Assembly: GCA_963810935.1 (NCBI GenBank)
Contig: CAWEPK010000008.1
Location: 305,492 to 369,491 of the forward strand
Direction of reading: 5' to 3'
From: an uncultured delta proteobacterium
Lineage (GTDB): Bacteria; Desulfobacterota; Syntrophorhabdia; Syntrophorhabdales; WCHB1-27
Length of the DNA stretch: 64,000 nt
The first letter of the stretch is position 1. Each line of letters begins with the position of its first letter. Both the position numbers and the translations under genes were made by a program. The notes beneath the pieces are model-generated. The model made no database searches. It worked only from the letters and a program-made list of their open reading frames with translations, and was not told the DNA's origin. Positions 48,104 to 57,629 of the stretch are shown piece after piece.

Positions 48104-48676
48104 CTCTCGCCGCGGGCGGCCGGGTCAGCACGACCCGGCGAGGGATCGGCTCTAAAACCAAGGGGCGCATCCGTATCCATTATTTTACAACGGATCGCGT
48201 TAGCGGAGAACAGACTATTCGGCGCCCTGTCCGCATTTCCTTATTTCTTCCATATTGCTGTCATAATCGTCTGTTATCCTATTCACGGAATGCAAGCACT
48301 TCGGAGGTGAGAGCAGTGGCACAAACAACTCGCGCAAAATGGGGGATTCCATCCTGGCATGGGCGGAGAAAAGCGGCCTCTTCTCCCCCGGCGACCTTGT
48401 CTACTTGAAAAAAAGAGGAGGGCCTGCATGAGAAAACCCCTATGACGCGGGTGGGTTGATACGGTCTACAGGGGGAGGGGGCGAAGCTTCTATCGCACGC
48501 GGAACAGCCCCGCGAAGTATCTGGACTTGGAACGGATAGACTCGCCCCTCCACCCCCTGTCCTTTTTCTCCAAGAAATTTGCTTACCTGCTCAAGGCCGG
48601 CGATCCTGTCCGCCCTTGCTTTATCTTCGCATGATACCCGACACGCCTTTCGATTTATTGTGGAGTCAAGACCCGA

Positions 48677-49765
48677 TTACACGTTGAAGCGGATGTGGAG
48701 AATGTCGCCATCCTGCACAATATATTCCTTTCCTTCTACCCTTGCCAGACCTTTTTCCCTGGCAGCATGCTCGGAGCCGACGCGCACGAAGTCGGCGTAC
48801 GGAATGACCTCGGCTCTTATGAAGCCCCGCTCCATATCGGAGTGTATTTTGCCTGCCGCCTTTGCAACAGGCGTCTCCTTCTTCACGGTCCAGGCACGCA
48901 GTTCCTTGCCGACGACCGTGTAGAACGTGATCAGGTCCAAAATGTCGTAACCTACTTTGATAATGCGCTCTATGCCGACCTCCGTCATGCCGTACATCTC
49001 CATGAAATCGGCCCGTTCCTCTTCGGGCAGGCAGGCAAGCTCTTCTTCCAGCTTCCCGCAGATGGGGACAACCTTCCGCCCCGCATGAGCGGCGAACCGG
49101 CCGATCGCGTCCGGCGCCTCCCGCCCCACGGCTGTTTCATCGATATTGGCGATGTAGAAGAAGGGCTTCGCGCATATAAGGCTGAAGGAGCGCAGCAGCT
49201 CGCGATCTTCGGGCGTCATGCGGCCTGCGTCGATAAAGCGGCCTGCCGAGAGCACGGCCTTTACCGCTTCCAGCACGGAGCGCTGGTCCTCGTGCTTCTC
49301 CTTCGACACCCTGGCCAGGCGGTCTATCTTTTCGATACGCTCTTCCACTATCGCCAGGTCAGCGATGATCGTTTCCGTCTCCACGATCTCCGCGTCCCTT
49401 ATCGGGTCTACAGTCTCGTAGACGTGGGGGACGTTGCCGCCTTCGAAGCACCTGACTACGTGGGCGACCGCGTCCACTTCCCTGATCTGGCCGAGGAACC
49501 TGTTGCCCAGGCCCTCGCCCTTGTGCGCGTCTTTGACTAGGCCTGCTATGTCGATGAACTCAATCGTCGTCGGCGTCACCTTCTCCGGCGCACTCAGCCG
49601 GGCCAGGCTGTACAATCGCTCGTCAGGCACGGGCACGATGCCGACGTTCGGCTCTATCGTGCAAAACGGGTAGGGCTGCGCCGCTACGGCAAGCGCCGTG
49701 AGTGCGTTGAATATAGTCGATTTGCCCGAGTTGGGAAGGCCGATGATGCCGCAGGAAAAGCCCAT
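48677..49765 (-). CDS. ychF: redox-regulated ATPase YchF
   Basis: MGFSCGIIGLPNSGKSTIFNALT, and a TGS-like C-terminus (GFIRAEV...GKEYIVQDGDILHIRFNV). Confidence 0.95.
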   Translation of the reverse strand: MGFSCGIIGLPNSGKSTIFNALTALAVAAQPYPFCTIEPNVGIVPVPDERLYSLARLSAPEKVTPTTIEFIDIAGLVKDAHKGEGLGNRFLGQIREVDAVAHVVRCFEGGNVPHVYETVDPIRDAEIVETETIIADLAIVEERIEKIDRLARVSKEKHEDQRSVLEAVKAVLSAGRFIDAGRMTPEDRELLRSFSLICAKPFFYIANIDETAVGREAPDAIGRFAAHAGRKVVPICGKLEEELACLPEEERADFMEMYGMTEVGIERIIKVGYDILDLITFYTVVGKELRAWTVKKETPVAKAAGKIHSDMERGFIRAEVIPYADFVRVGSEHAAREKGLARVEGKEYIVQDGDILHIRFNV

Positions 49766-49776
49766 GCGCCCTCTCT

Positions 49777-50325
49777 TTACTGCCTATTGAACAGGTTCAT
49801 CGCTTTCTCGGCACTATCCGTAAGAAAGACTTGAATGGCATCGGCGGCCCTGTCAAGGGCCTCCGAGAGACTGGCGCGCTCGCCGGGCGCAAAGCGGGAG
49901 AGCACGTAGTGCTCCGGTTCTATCACCGGGTCTCTCCCTATGCCGATTTTCATGCGGTAAAAATCTTTCGTGCCCAGAGACTCAGCGATAGAGCGCACGC
50001 CCTTGTGCCCGCCGTCCCCTCCGTCCCGCTTGATGCGGATGCGCGCAAGCTCCATATCGAGGTCGTCGTGGATAACGAGCAGGCGGTCCGGCGCGATCCC
50101 TTTCTTCCGCATGAGGGTGGAGACAGGTCCGCCGGAGAGGTTCATGAATGTATCAGGCTTGGCGAGGAGGAAGCCGTCCCCCTCGCCTATCGTACAACCC
50201 GCGATTTTCCGCGAGAAGGGGACCGAGCTTCCTTGCGAAAACCTGTCCAGGACAAGATACCCTACGTTGTGCCGTGTGCCTGTGTAAGCCGTTCCCTTAT
50301 TGCCAAGACCGCAGATGAGGAACAA
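49777..50325 (-). CDS. pth: peptidyl-tRNA hydrolase
   Basis: LICGLGNKGTAYTGTRHNVG, KPDTFMNLSG and GGHKGVRS motifs. Confidence 0.93.
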   Translation of the reverse strand: MFLICGLGNKGTAYTGTRHNVGYLVLDRFSQGSSVPFSRKIAGCTIGEGDGFLLAKPDTFMNLSGGPVSTLMRKKGIAPDRLLVIHDDLDMELARIRIKRDGGDGGHKGVRSIAESLGTKDFYRMKIGIGRDPVIEPEHYVLSRFAPGERASLSEALDRAADAIQVFLTDSAEKAMNLFNRQ

Positions 50326-50331
50326 AAAATA

Positions 50332-50976
50332 TTATTCCTCCTTCTCCTTGGCAGGCGCAGCAGCCTCTTCCCCTTCGGCCGGCGCAGCCGCAGCAGCCGC
50401 CGCAGGCGCCTCTTCCGCCTCAGGCGGAGTCAGGCCGACAACAGCGACGTCGGGGTTGTCGAGGAGCTTGATCCCCGGCAGGGAGATCTCACGTATATGG
50501 ATGGAGTCGCCGATATCGAGGTTCGATATATCGATATCGATCTTTTCCGGTATCTGGCCGGGAAGACTTTCGACCATGACCGCGCGCAGGTGCTGCTCGA
50601 TCACGCCGCCTTTTACGAAGCCGACCGGCTCACCGACGAGATGTATGGGCACTTCGACCTGCACGACCCTTTCCATCGACACCTGAAGAAAGTCGATATG
50701 GAGGACTGTGCGGTCCACCGGCTGCTTCTGCACTTCCTTTATCATCACCGGCCTTTCAACGTCGCTCGCCTCGCCTTTCACGGCCATCCTGATGACCGCG
50801 TTGCTCCTGGCGTGCGCCTCAAGCCGCCTCCAGTCCTTTGCGGAAATCGAAAGGGCGATGGGCTCCACGTCTCTGCCGTAAACGGTAGCGGGGATAGAGC
50901 CTGCCCTTCTGAGCTTGCGCGCCTCTCCCTTCCCTCTCCCGTCTCTTACCTCAGCCTGTAAGCGAAGTTCTTCCAT
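50332..50976 (-). CDS. rplY: 50S ribosomal protein L25/general stress protein Ctc
   Basis: GKGEARKLRRAGSIPATVYG, the long Ctc-type form with an Ala/Glu-rich tail. Confidence 0.9.
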   Translation of the reverse strand: MEELRLQAEVRDGRGKGEARKLRRAGSIPATVYGRDVEPIALSISAKDWRRLEAHARSNAVIRMAVKGEASDVERPVMIKEVQKQPVDRTVLHIDFLQVSMERVVQVEVPIHLVGEPVGFVKGGVIEQHLRAVMVESLPGQIPEKIDIDISNLDIGDSIHIREISLPGIKLLDNPDVAVVGLTPPEAEEAPAAAAAAAPAEGEEAAAPAKEKEE

Positions 50977-50998
50977 GATGCTAATCCTCCTCGTTGCA

Positions 50999-51940
50999 TT
51001 ATACGAATAACGAGCTCACCGACGCGTCATTGTGGATGCGCCTGATGGCTTCCGCCAGGATGGGGGAGACATCGAGCACCCTGACCCTTTCGAGAAGCTT
51101 TGCCTTCTCCCGAAGAGGGATCGTGTTGGTGATCACTAGCTCGTGTATAGGTGACTTATTGAGCCTCTCGACCGCCGAGCCGGAAAGCACTGCGTGCGTG
51201 CAGCAGGCATAAACCCTTGTCGCGCCGTCCCTTATAAGGGCCTCGGCGGACTGCACGATCGTGCCTCCCGTATCGATCATGTCGTCGAGCAGTATGGCGA
51301 CCTTTCCCTTAACGTCTCCGACAATATGCATCACCTTGGAAACATTGGCCTTTTCTCTACGCTTGTCAATGATGGCGATCGTCGTGTTTTCTTTCACCCG
51401 TTTTGCGAACTCGCGCGCCCTCTCGACACCGCCCGCGTCAGGGGAAACTATGACCAAATCCTCGCTGACGCTGGAAAGATAATCGAGCTGCACGGGCATT
51501 GCATAGAGGTGGTCGACGGGTATGTTGAAAAAGCCCTGTATCTGTCCCACGTGCAGGTCCATGGCAAGCACCCTAGTTGCGCCCGCCACCTCTATTAAGT
51601 CCGCCACAAGCCGCGCCGAGATGGGCGCCCTCGGCGCCACCTTCCTGTCCTGCCGTCCGTACCCGTAATACGGGATGACGACGTTTATGCGCGCCACCGA
51701 CGCCCGTTTTAGCGCGTCGATCATGACGAGCAGCTCCATGATATTCTCATTGACGGGCGGGCAGGTAGGCTGTATCAAAAATACGTCCATCCCCCTGACC
51801 GACTCCTCGATCTCCACCTGGATTTCGCCGTCGCTGAACGTCGCTACGCTTGCCCTACCCAGCTCTATCTCCAGGTACGCGCATATCCTTTCCGAAAGCT
51901 CGCTGTTTGCCCTACCGGTGAATATCTTCAGCCTGTTCAC
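50999..51940 (-). CDS. prs: ribose-phosphate pyrophosphokinase
   Basis: [37 protein letters not shown] and DDMIDTGGT motifs. Confidence 0.96.
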   Translation of the reverse strand: MNRLKIFTGRANSELSERICAYLEIELGRASVATFSDGEIQVEIEESVRGMDVFLIQPTCPPVNENIMELLVMIDALKRASVARINVVIPYYGYGRQDRKVAPRAPISARLVADLIEVAGATRVLAMDLHVGQIQGFFNIPVDHLYAMPVQLDYLSSVSEDLVIVSPDAGGVERAREFAKRVKENTTIAIIDKRREKANVSKVMHIVGDVKGKVAILLDDMIDTGGTIVQSAEALIRDGATRVYACCTHAVLSGSAVERLNKSPIHELVITNTIPLREKAKLLERVRVLDVSPILAEAIRRIHNDASVSSLFV

Positions 51941-52163
51941 TTTAACCCGTCCTCCTGAAAATCTTATCTAACGATTGCGCCGGGTCGGAAGGATTCGATG
52001 TGCGGATGCCGGTCCCGAAGAACCGCCTTCCTGCCGCGTGAATCCGATCCCAAACGATTGTATACAGTATATTTCAAGCCTTTCATTCCTGCACGTTCGG
52101 CCTTTTACGCTTTTAACTCTTCAAGCACACGCCCAGGTCCTTATGTGGGCCCTGCTCCAACAA

Positions 52164-52430
52164 TCAGACGGCGATCTTGCCTATCTCTTTCTCGTACGCG
52201 TCGAGCACCCTGGCCTCGATCCTCTGCCGGGTATCGCTGTTCAGTGGGTGCACGGTGTCCCTGTAAGAACCGTCCTTCATTTTCTTACTAGGCATAGCCA
52301 CAAAAAGCTTGCTGTCCCCATCGATCACTTTGAGGTCTCTGATAATAAAGCATTCATCAAATATAACGGATGCATACGCCTTCACTTTCTTCTCATTAAC
52401 CGGATAGATCTTCACATCGGTGATTTCCAT
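52164..52430 (-). CDS. spoVG: SpoVG-family protein
   Basis: MEITDVKIYPVNEKKVKAYASVIFDECFIIRDLKVIDG...FVAMPS. ATG 52430 follows GGGAGG. Confidence 0.9.
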   Translation of the reverse strand: MEITDVKIYPVNEKKVKAYASVIFDECFIIRDLKVIDGDSKLFVAMPSKKMKDGSYRDTVHPLNSDTRQRIEARVLDAYEKEIGKIAV

Positions 52431-52443
52431 ATCCGCCTCCCTC

Positions 52444-53328
52444 TTAAGCACTGTGAGCTACGAAGACACTGCCTGGACGTCCCACCTCCTCTGAAGCTTT
52501 ACGAGCACCTCTTTCGTCCTCGAAAATACCAAAAACGGCGGACCCGCTCCCGCTCATGAGCGAGCCGAGTGCGCCGCCCCCCCTAAGCTGCTCCTTGATT
52601 GTCTGTATTTCCGGACATATCGAGGCTGCAACTGCTTCCAGGTCATTCTCCAATATATCCGCAACTTCGCTTACTTGTGAAAATTTCCCGGAAACTTTAT
52701 CGTCATTTTCGTCGTTTGTCAACACGATTCTTAGTCCTCGGTAGACCTCGGCGGTGCTTATGGCCACGCCCGGATAGACCACAACGTACCAGATTTTCGG
52801 CAATTCTATTGGTGTTATACGCTCTCCAACCCCCTTCATGATGCACGATTTTCCGTACAAAAAGAGGGGCACGTCGGCCCCCACCTGCCTGCCCAGCCCG
52901 GAAAGCTCCCCGGGCGTCAGGGAAAGGCCCCAGGCGTCAACCAGCCCTTTCATGACCGTTGCCGCGTTCCCACTGCCTCCCCCCAGGCCGCTGCCGAGAG
53001 GGATGCGCTTTTCAACCTCGACGGAGACCCCTTCGGGCCTGCCGCATCTCTCCTTCAGGAGCATTATCGCCCTGTATATCGTGTTGGCCGGCCCTTCCGG
53101 CAGGAGGCCCCGGTCGTCCTTGACCGTAACCTCGCCGTCTTCGGCCTCTCTGATATGCATGACATCATAAAGGGAGATGACATCGACGAGGCTCACCAGA
53201 TCGTGGTAGCCGTCCGGTCTTTTCCCCACTACCTTAAGGTAAAGATTGACTTTCGCCGGCGAAAGCAGCGTTTTTTCGAACACGTCCCCGTCCTTCCTGC
53301 CCGGCCCCTCCTGCCATGCGTCTTTCAC
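52444..53328 (-). CDS. ispE: 4-diphosphocytidyl-2-C-methyl-D-erythritol kinase
   Basis: SPAKVNLYLKVVGKRPDGYH and the GHMP kinase motif IPLGSGLGGGSGNAA. Confidence 0.9.
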   Translation of the reverse strand: MKDAWQEGPGRKDGDVFEKTLLSPAKVNLYLKVVGKRPDGYHDLVSLVDVISLYDVMHIREAEDGEVTVKDDRGLLPEGPANTIYRAIMLLKERCGRPEGVSVEVEKRIPLGSGLGGGSGNAATVMKGLVDAWGLSLTPGELSGLGRQVGADVPLFLYGKSCIMKGVGERITPIELPKIWYVVVYPGVAISTAEVYRGLRIVLTNDENDDKVSGKFSQVSEVADILENDLEAVAASICPEIQTIKEQLRGGGALGSLMSGSGSAVFGIFEDERGARKASEEVGRPGSVFVAHSA

Positions 53329-53367
53329 GGCAGAAAAAGCCCCTACACGTCGCCTTGCTCCCTTAGT

Positions 53368-54846
53368 TTACGCTACAGCCTTTATGTCGAAGCTGTCCGC
53401 GGACTGCATCGACTTCGAGACGATATTGATCTTGACTCCGTAGCTGCTCTCCAGATATTCGAGCGCGGCCTTCTCCTCTTCTACGAGAAGCCCCGCCACC
53501 TCGGGCGAGAGGTGGACGTCGAACAGCTTGCCGTCGCCCTTCCTGCACATTATGCGCAGCCTTCTCAACACCTCGTAGCAGACGGTATACCTCGATTTCA
53601 CATAGCCGGAGCCCTCGCAGACCGGGCACTGCTCGGTCAGCATCGTGACTACGTTCTCCCGCGTCCGTTTCCGGGTCAACTGGACGAGCCCAAGCTCGCT
53701 GATCGGGTAGGCAAACGTCTTTATCCTGTCTTTTTTCAGGGTGTCGAGGAGGGCCTTGAAGACGGTCTCCCTGGAATCCTTCTTCTCCATGTCGATGAAA
53801 TCGACGACGATTATGCCGCCCATGTTCCTCAGCCGTATCTGGTAGGCTATCTCCTTGACCGCTTCCAGGTTCGTCTTCAGGATCGTGTCTTCCAGACCCC
53901 TCTTGCCGAGGTACCGCCCCGTGTTGACATCGATCACGGCAAGGGCCTCCGTGTAATCGAAGACAATGTAACCGCCCGACTTCAGCCAGATCTTTTTCTG
54001 CGTCAGCTTGGAGATATCGACCTCGACGCGGTAGAAGTCGAATATGTCCTCTTTCTCTTCGAACAGCTCCAGCTCGGTGTGGTCCGCGGGCAGGTATTCC
54101 TTCAGGAACTCTTCGATCCTTTTATAAAGGACAGGGTCATCGACGATGATCCGTTTCAGCCCGTGCGCGTGCAGGTCCCTTATGACGCGGAATATGAGCC
54201 GCAAGTCGCGGTGAAGCAGCGCGGGCGCCCTCGCCTTCTTCGCTTTGGCCTGTATCCCCTCCCACATGCGCAGCAGGAAATCGAGGTCCGCGGTAAGCTC
54301 GTCCTCTTTTTTGCCCTCGCACGCGGTCCTGGCTATCAGGCCGAAGCCTTTGGGCGCTATGGTCTTGAGTATCGACGTTAGCCGTTTGCGCTCCTCATCG
54401 TCCTCTATCCTGCGCGAAACGCCTATATGCTCGCTTGCCGACATGAGGACGATGAGCCTGCCCGGAAGCGTGATGCGCGACGTCGCCCTGGTGCCCTTCT
54501 GGCCGATGGGCTCCCTCGACACCTGTACAATGACCTCCTGGCCCTCTTCAAGCACCCCTTCGATGCGCTCCCCTGCCTCCGGGGGCGTGCCCGTCTCCTC
54601 GAACTCTTCGAGCATCATGTCCGCGACGATGTCTCCAACATAAAGAAAAGCCGACTTTTCGAGGCCGATATCGACAAAGGCCGCGTCCATGCCCGGCAGT
54701 ATCCGGACCACCCTTCCCTTGTAAACGTTGCCCACGATGCTCCTGTCGTTCTTCCACTCAACGAAGAACTCGGTCAGGGCGCCGTTCTCCAGGAAGGCGA
54801 TCCTCGTCTCACTGAAGGTCGAATTTATTATAAGCTCGGATGCCAT
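53368..54846 (-). CDS. rng: ribonuclease G/E family endoribonuclease
   Basis: S1 domain (GNVYKGRVVRILPGMDAAFVDIGLEKSAFLY), catalytic region (GGIIVVDFIDM) and Zn-link CPVCEGSG. Confidence 0.9.
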   Translation of the reverse strand: MASELIINSTFSETRIAFLENGALTEFFVEWKNDRSIVGNVYKGRVVRILPGMDAAFVDIGLEKSAFLYVGDIVADMMLEEFEETGTPPEAGERIEGVLEEGQEVIVQVSREPIGQKGTRATSRITLPGRLIVLMSASEHIGVSRRIEDDEERKRLTSILKTIAPKGFGLIARTACEGKKEDELTADLDFLLRMWEGIQAKAKKARAPALLHRDLRLIFRVIRDLHAHGLKRIIVDDPVLYKRIEEFLKEYLPADHTELELFEEKEDIFDFYRVEVDISKLTQKKIWLKSGGYIVFDYTEALAVIDVNTGRYLGKRGLEDTILKTNLEAVKEIAYQIRLRNMGGIIVVDFIDMEKKDSRETVFKALLDTLKKDRIKTFAYPISELGLVQLTRKRTRENVVTMLTEQCPVCEGSGYVKSRYTVCYEVLRRLRIMCRKGDGKLFDVHLSPEVAGLLVEEEKAALEYLESSYGVKINIVSKSMQSADSFDIKAVA

Positions 54847-57139
54847 CTATTCTCCTGTTCTCTGCTTTCACGATCCGCAGGAAATCGCCGGAAAGCCACA
54901 GATCCTTGATGCGCGCCCCGGCGACAGACCGGTAAAACGCCTTTTCGGGTCCGTCTTTCAGCCCTATCACCTGTTCGTCGAGGCCCTTTTTTCCGACGAG
55001 TAGATACCCGCAATCGGCAAGGCCGTTCATGGGGCCGCTTATTGCCTCCATGACCCTCATGCCGGCCGGCAGCCGGGCGTTTATGCGCTCCGCGAAGCCG
55101 GCGTCCGTCTCCACGCCCTGCGCCCCTTCGGCCTCCATCTCGATCATCTCGCAGGTCGATTCAATGCCGACCGGTAAGGCCGCAGACAGGGAGACACGCG
55201 GCTTGGGATGGTATTTTCCGTGCATCCTCATACGTATGCCTGCCGAGCGGATAGCCCTCAAAAGTATATCGACGGTGTCCAGGTGGCCGATATACCGCGC
55301 CTCGCCGCGCTTGGCGTACCTGATCGTGACCGTCCTGAAGGCAGGCAACCCGGCGGCCGGGCCGTCTTCCTGCGCAGCTCCTGGCACTGACGCCGCCACG
55401 GGTGCAGGAGCACTCGGGCGGACTTCGGGAATGGAACCGGCCCTCCCGCTTGCACAGCCGATGCCGCAGCCTGCGCACGAAGAATAGCAGCCTGCCGTCT
55501 TGCGCCCGGCCTCGGCAGCGTCCATCTCGGCAAGCAGGAAAGATTTATCGACCCCTGTGGAAATGAAATCCCACGGAAGCCCCTGGTCGGTCTTCCTGGC
55601 CCCCAGCAGGGACGCCTCAAGGCCGTCGCCGGCTGCCAGCCACCCTTCATAAAGGGACGGATTGAAGAACTCCGTCCATGCCTCCAGGCGTACGCCCTTT
55701 GCGTGAAGCTCCTCGAAAAGAGGGGCAAGGCGTTCGTCGCCGCGCGAGATAAGCGCCTCTACCCGCGCCGTCTTCGCGTCCCTGATCGTTATCTTGACGC
55801 CCCTGCCGGCTGCCGCCCTCCTTACTATCTGCGCTTTTTCGCGCAGGGCCTCCTCCGTCTCCATCGTAAGCCATTGGAAGGGCGTGTGCGGCTTGGGCGT
55901 AAAGGGCGAGACGGACAGGTTGACCTCCATGCCGCACTTTACGAAGGGCCTGATAAGGTCGCGCACGGCCAGAAGATCCTCTTCGGCCTCCCAGGGGAAA
56001 CCGATCATGAAATAGAGCTTGACCTTCCTCCATCCGAGCCGCCGCAAAAGCGGGAGGCGGGACATCAGCATGTCCGTGTCTATGTCCTTGTTGAGTCTGT
56101 CCCGCAGCCCCACTGTCGACGCTTCGAGGGCGAAGGTGAACCCGCCCCTCGCGCCCTTCGCCAGAAGCTCGATTTCTTCCTCCGCGATGCTGCCTATTTT
56201 CAAGGAAGGAAGCGAGACGGAGACTTTGGGGTGGTTGCTCCTTATATATTCGATCAGGGCGGGGAGCGCGCTGTAGTCGCCCGTGCTTAAGGAAAGCAGG
56301 CCGATCTCCTCGAAGCCCGTCCCAGCGAGCCCCTCTTCTATGATCTCCCCTAACCTGCCCAGCTCTCTCTCCCTGTACGGCCTGTACCCGAACCCTGCGA
56401 CGCAAAACCTGCACCCGTTCCCGCAGCCCCGCGATATCTCAATGTTGAGCCGGTTGTGGACGCTACCGACAATAGGGATGGGCGGCCTGACCGGGTGATA
56501 AGAGGCGTTCAGGTCCTCGATATAGAGCCTTTTTACGGGCCGCCTGGCAAGGGGGGAGTAGACGCCGTCCAGCCGGGCGATTTCTGCGACCAGCCGGTCT
56601 CTTGGCGACCCACGCATGGCCCTGACCGTCCTGACGATCTCAGGAAGCACTTCCTCTGCCTCGCCGACAACGATCAAGTCGAAGAACCGCTCGAAAGGCG
56701 CAGGGTTGAGCATGAGGGGGCCGCCGCCGATGATAAGCGGACCGGTTGCGCGGTCTTCGGCCCTGATCGGTATGCCCGCCAGTGACAGCATATTGAGAAG
56801 GTTCGTCACGTTTAGCTCGTACGTCATGGAAAACCCTACGATATCCATCCGTGACAAGGGCGTCCGGGATTCGAGCGTGGAAAGCGGCTCGCCCCTCTGC
56901 CGCAAGTACTCTTCCATATCGCGCCAGGGCGCAAAGCAACGCTCGCACCAGACCCCTTCAAGGTTGTTGAGAAGCTCGTAAAGCAGAAAAAAACCGAGGT
57001 AGGACATGCCGATCTCGTACATGTCGGGGTAGCAAAGGGCAAACCGCACGTCCACGTCACGCAAGTCCTTGACGGACCTGTTGGGCTCGATGCCCAGGTA
57101 CCGCGCGGGACGCTCAATAGTTTTCGGAAAAACCAGCAT
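54809..57139 (-). CDS. uncharacterised radical SAM protein (TIGR03960-like) fused to a DUF2344/TIGR03936-like domain
   Basis: N-terminus PARYLGIEPN...LCYPDMYEIGMSYLGFFLLYELLN, radical SAM cluster SRGCGNGCRFCVAG, and C-terminal TIRYAKRGEARYIGHLDTVDILLRAIRSAGI. Overlaps the rng start by 38 nt. Confidence 0.85.
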   Translation of the reverse strand: MLVFPKTIERPARYLGIEPNRSVKDLRDVDVRFALCYPDMYEIGMSYLGFFLLYELLNNLEGVWCERCFAPWRDMEEYLRQRGEPLSTLESRTPLSRMDIVGFSMTYELNVTNLLNMLSLAGIPIRAEDRATGPLIIGGGPLMLNPAPFERFFDLIVVGEAEEVLPEIVRTVRAMRGSPRDRLVAEIARLDGVYSPLARRPVKRLYIEDLNASYHPVRPPIPIVGSVHNRLNIEISRGCGNGCRFCVAGFGYRPYRERELGRLGEIIEEGLAGTGFEEIGLLSLSTGDYSALPALIEYIRSNHPKVSVSLPSLKIGSIAEEEIELLAKGARGGFTFALEASTVGLRDRLNKDIDTDMLMSRLPLLRRLGWRKVKLYFMIGFPWEAEEDLLAVRDLIRPFVKCGMEVNLSVSPFTPKPHTPFQWLTMETEEALREKAQIVRRAAAGRGVKITIRDAKTARVEALISRGDERLAPLFEELHAKGVRLEAWTEFFNPSLYEGWLAAGDGLEASLLGARKTDQGLPWDFISTGVDKSFLLAEMDAAEAGRKTAGCYSSCAGCGIGCASGRAGSIPEVRPSAPAPVAASVPGAAQEDGPAAGLPAFRTVTIRYAKRGEARYIGHLDTVDILLRAIRSAGIRMRMHGKYHPKPRVSLSAALPVGIESTCEMIEMEAEGAQGVETDAGFAERINARLPAGMRVMEAISGPMNGLADCGYLLVGKKGLDEQVIGLKDGPEKAFYRSVAGARIKDLWLSGDFLRIVKAENRRIDGIRAYNKFDLQ

Positions 57140-57629
57140 ACAAACCTCGCTAAGCCTCTCTGTTCATTATTATACATGATCGGGGGGGATTCGTGAAGCT
57201 TCGGCCCTGCATTAAGGGGGGCCGGGTTAGTTTCGTGTCCTTCCCGCCATTTTTCTAGGCGCGGCTCCTCACATACACAAAAAGTATGCTGCGTCGCGTG
57301 CCGTCGAAAAACGACAGGAAATCCATCGGAATTTCCTCCGGCCCCTTCAAGCGGTTATCGGGCACCGTTCGGGGTTGCTAGCGCCTATCTTATATCCCCC
57401 CGGCGCTTGCTTGTTTCTTGAAATGGAGGGGCTGGATGTTTTTCTTGCCATACAGCACTAGCCGTGGTACTCATTATCAGAGCGGCAGAAGCAGAGAGGA
57501 CGAACGGAAGTATTTATTTCCGACGGTTACGATATTTACGGTCGTCCCCCTCACCCTGATCAGGTCAATGGTTCAGGAAGTGAAAGGAGTGAAGAACGTC
57601 CGTCAGGCTCTCCCTAAGGAGAACTTCTC

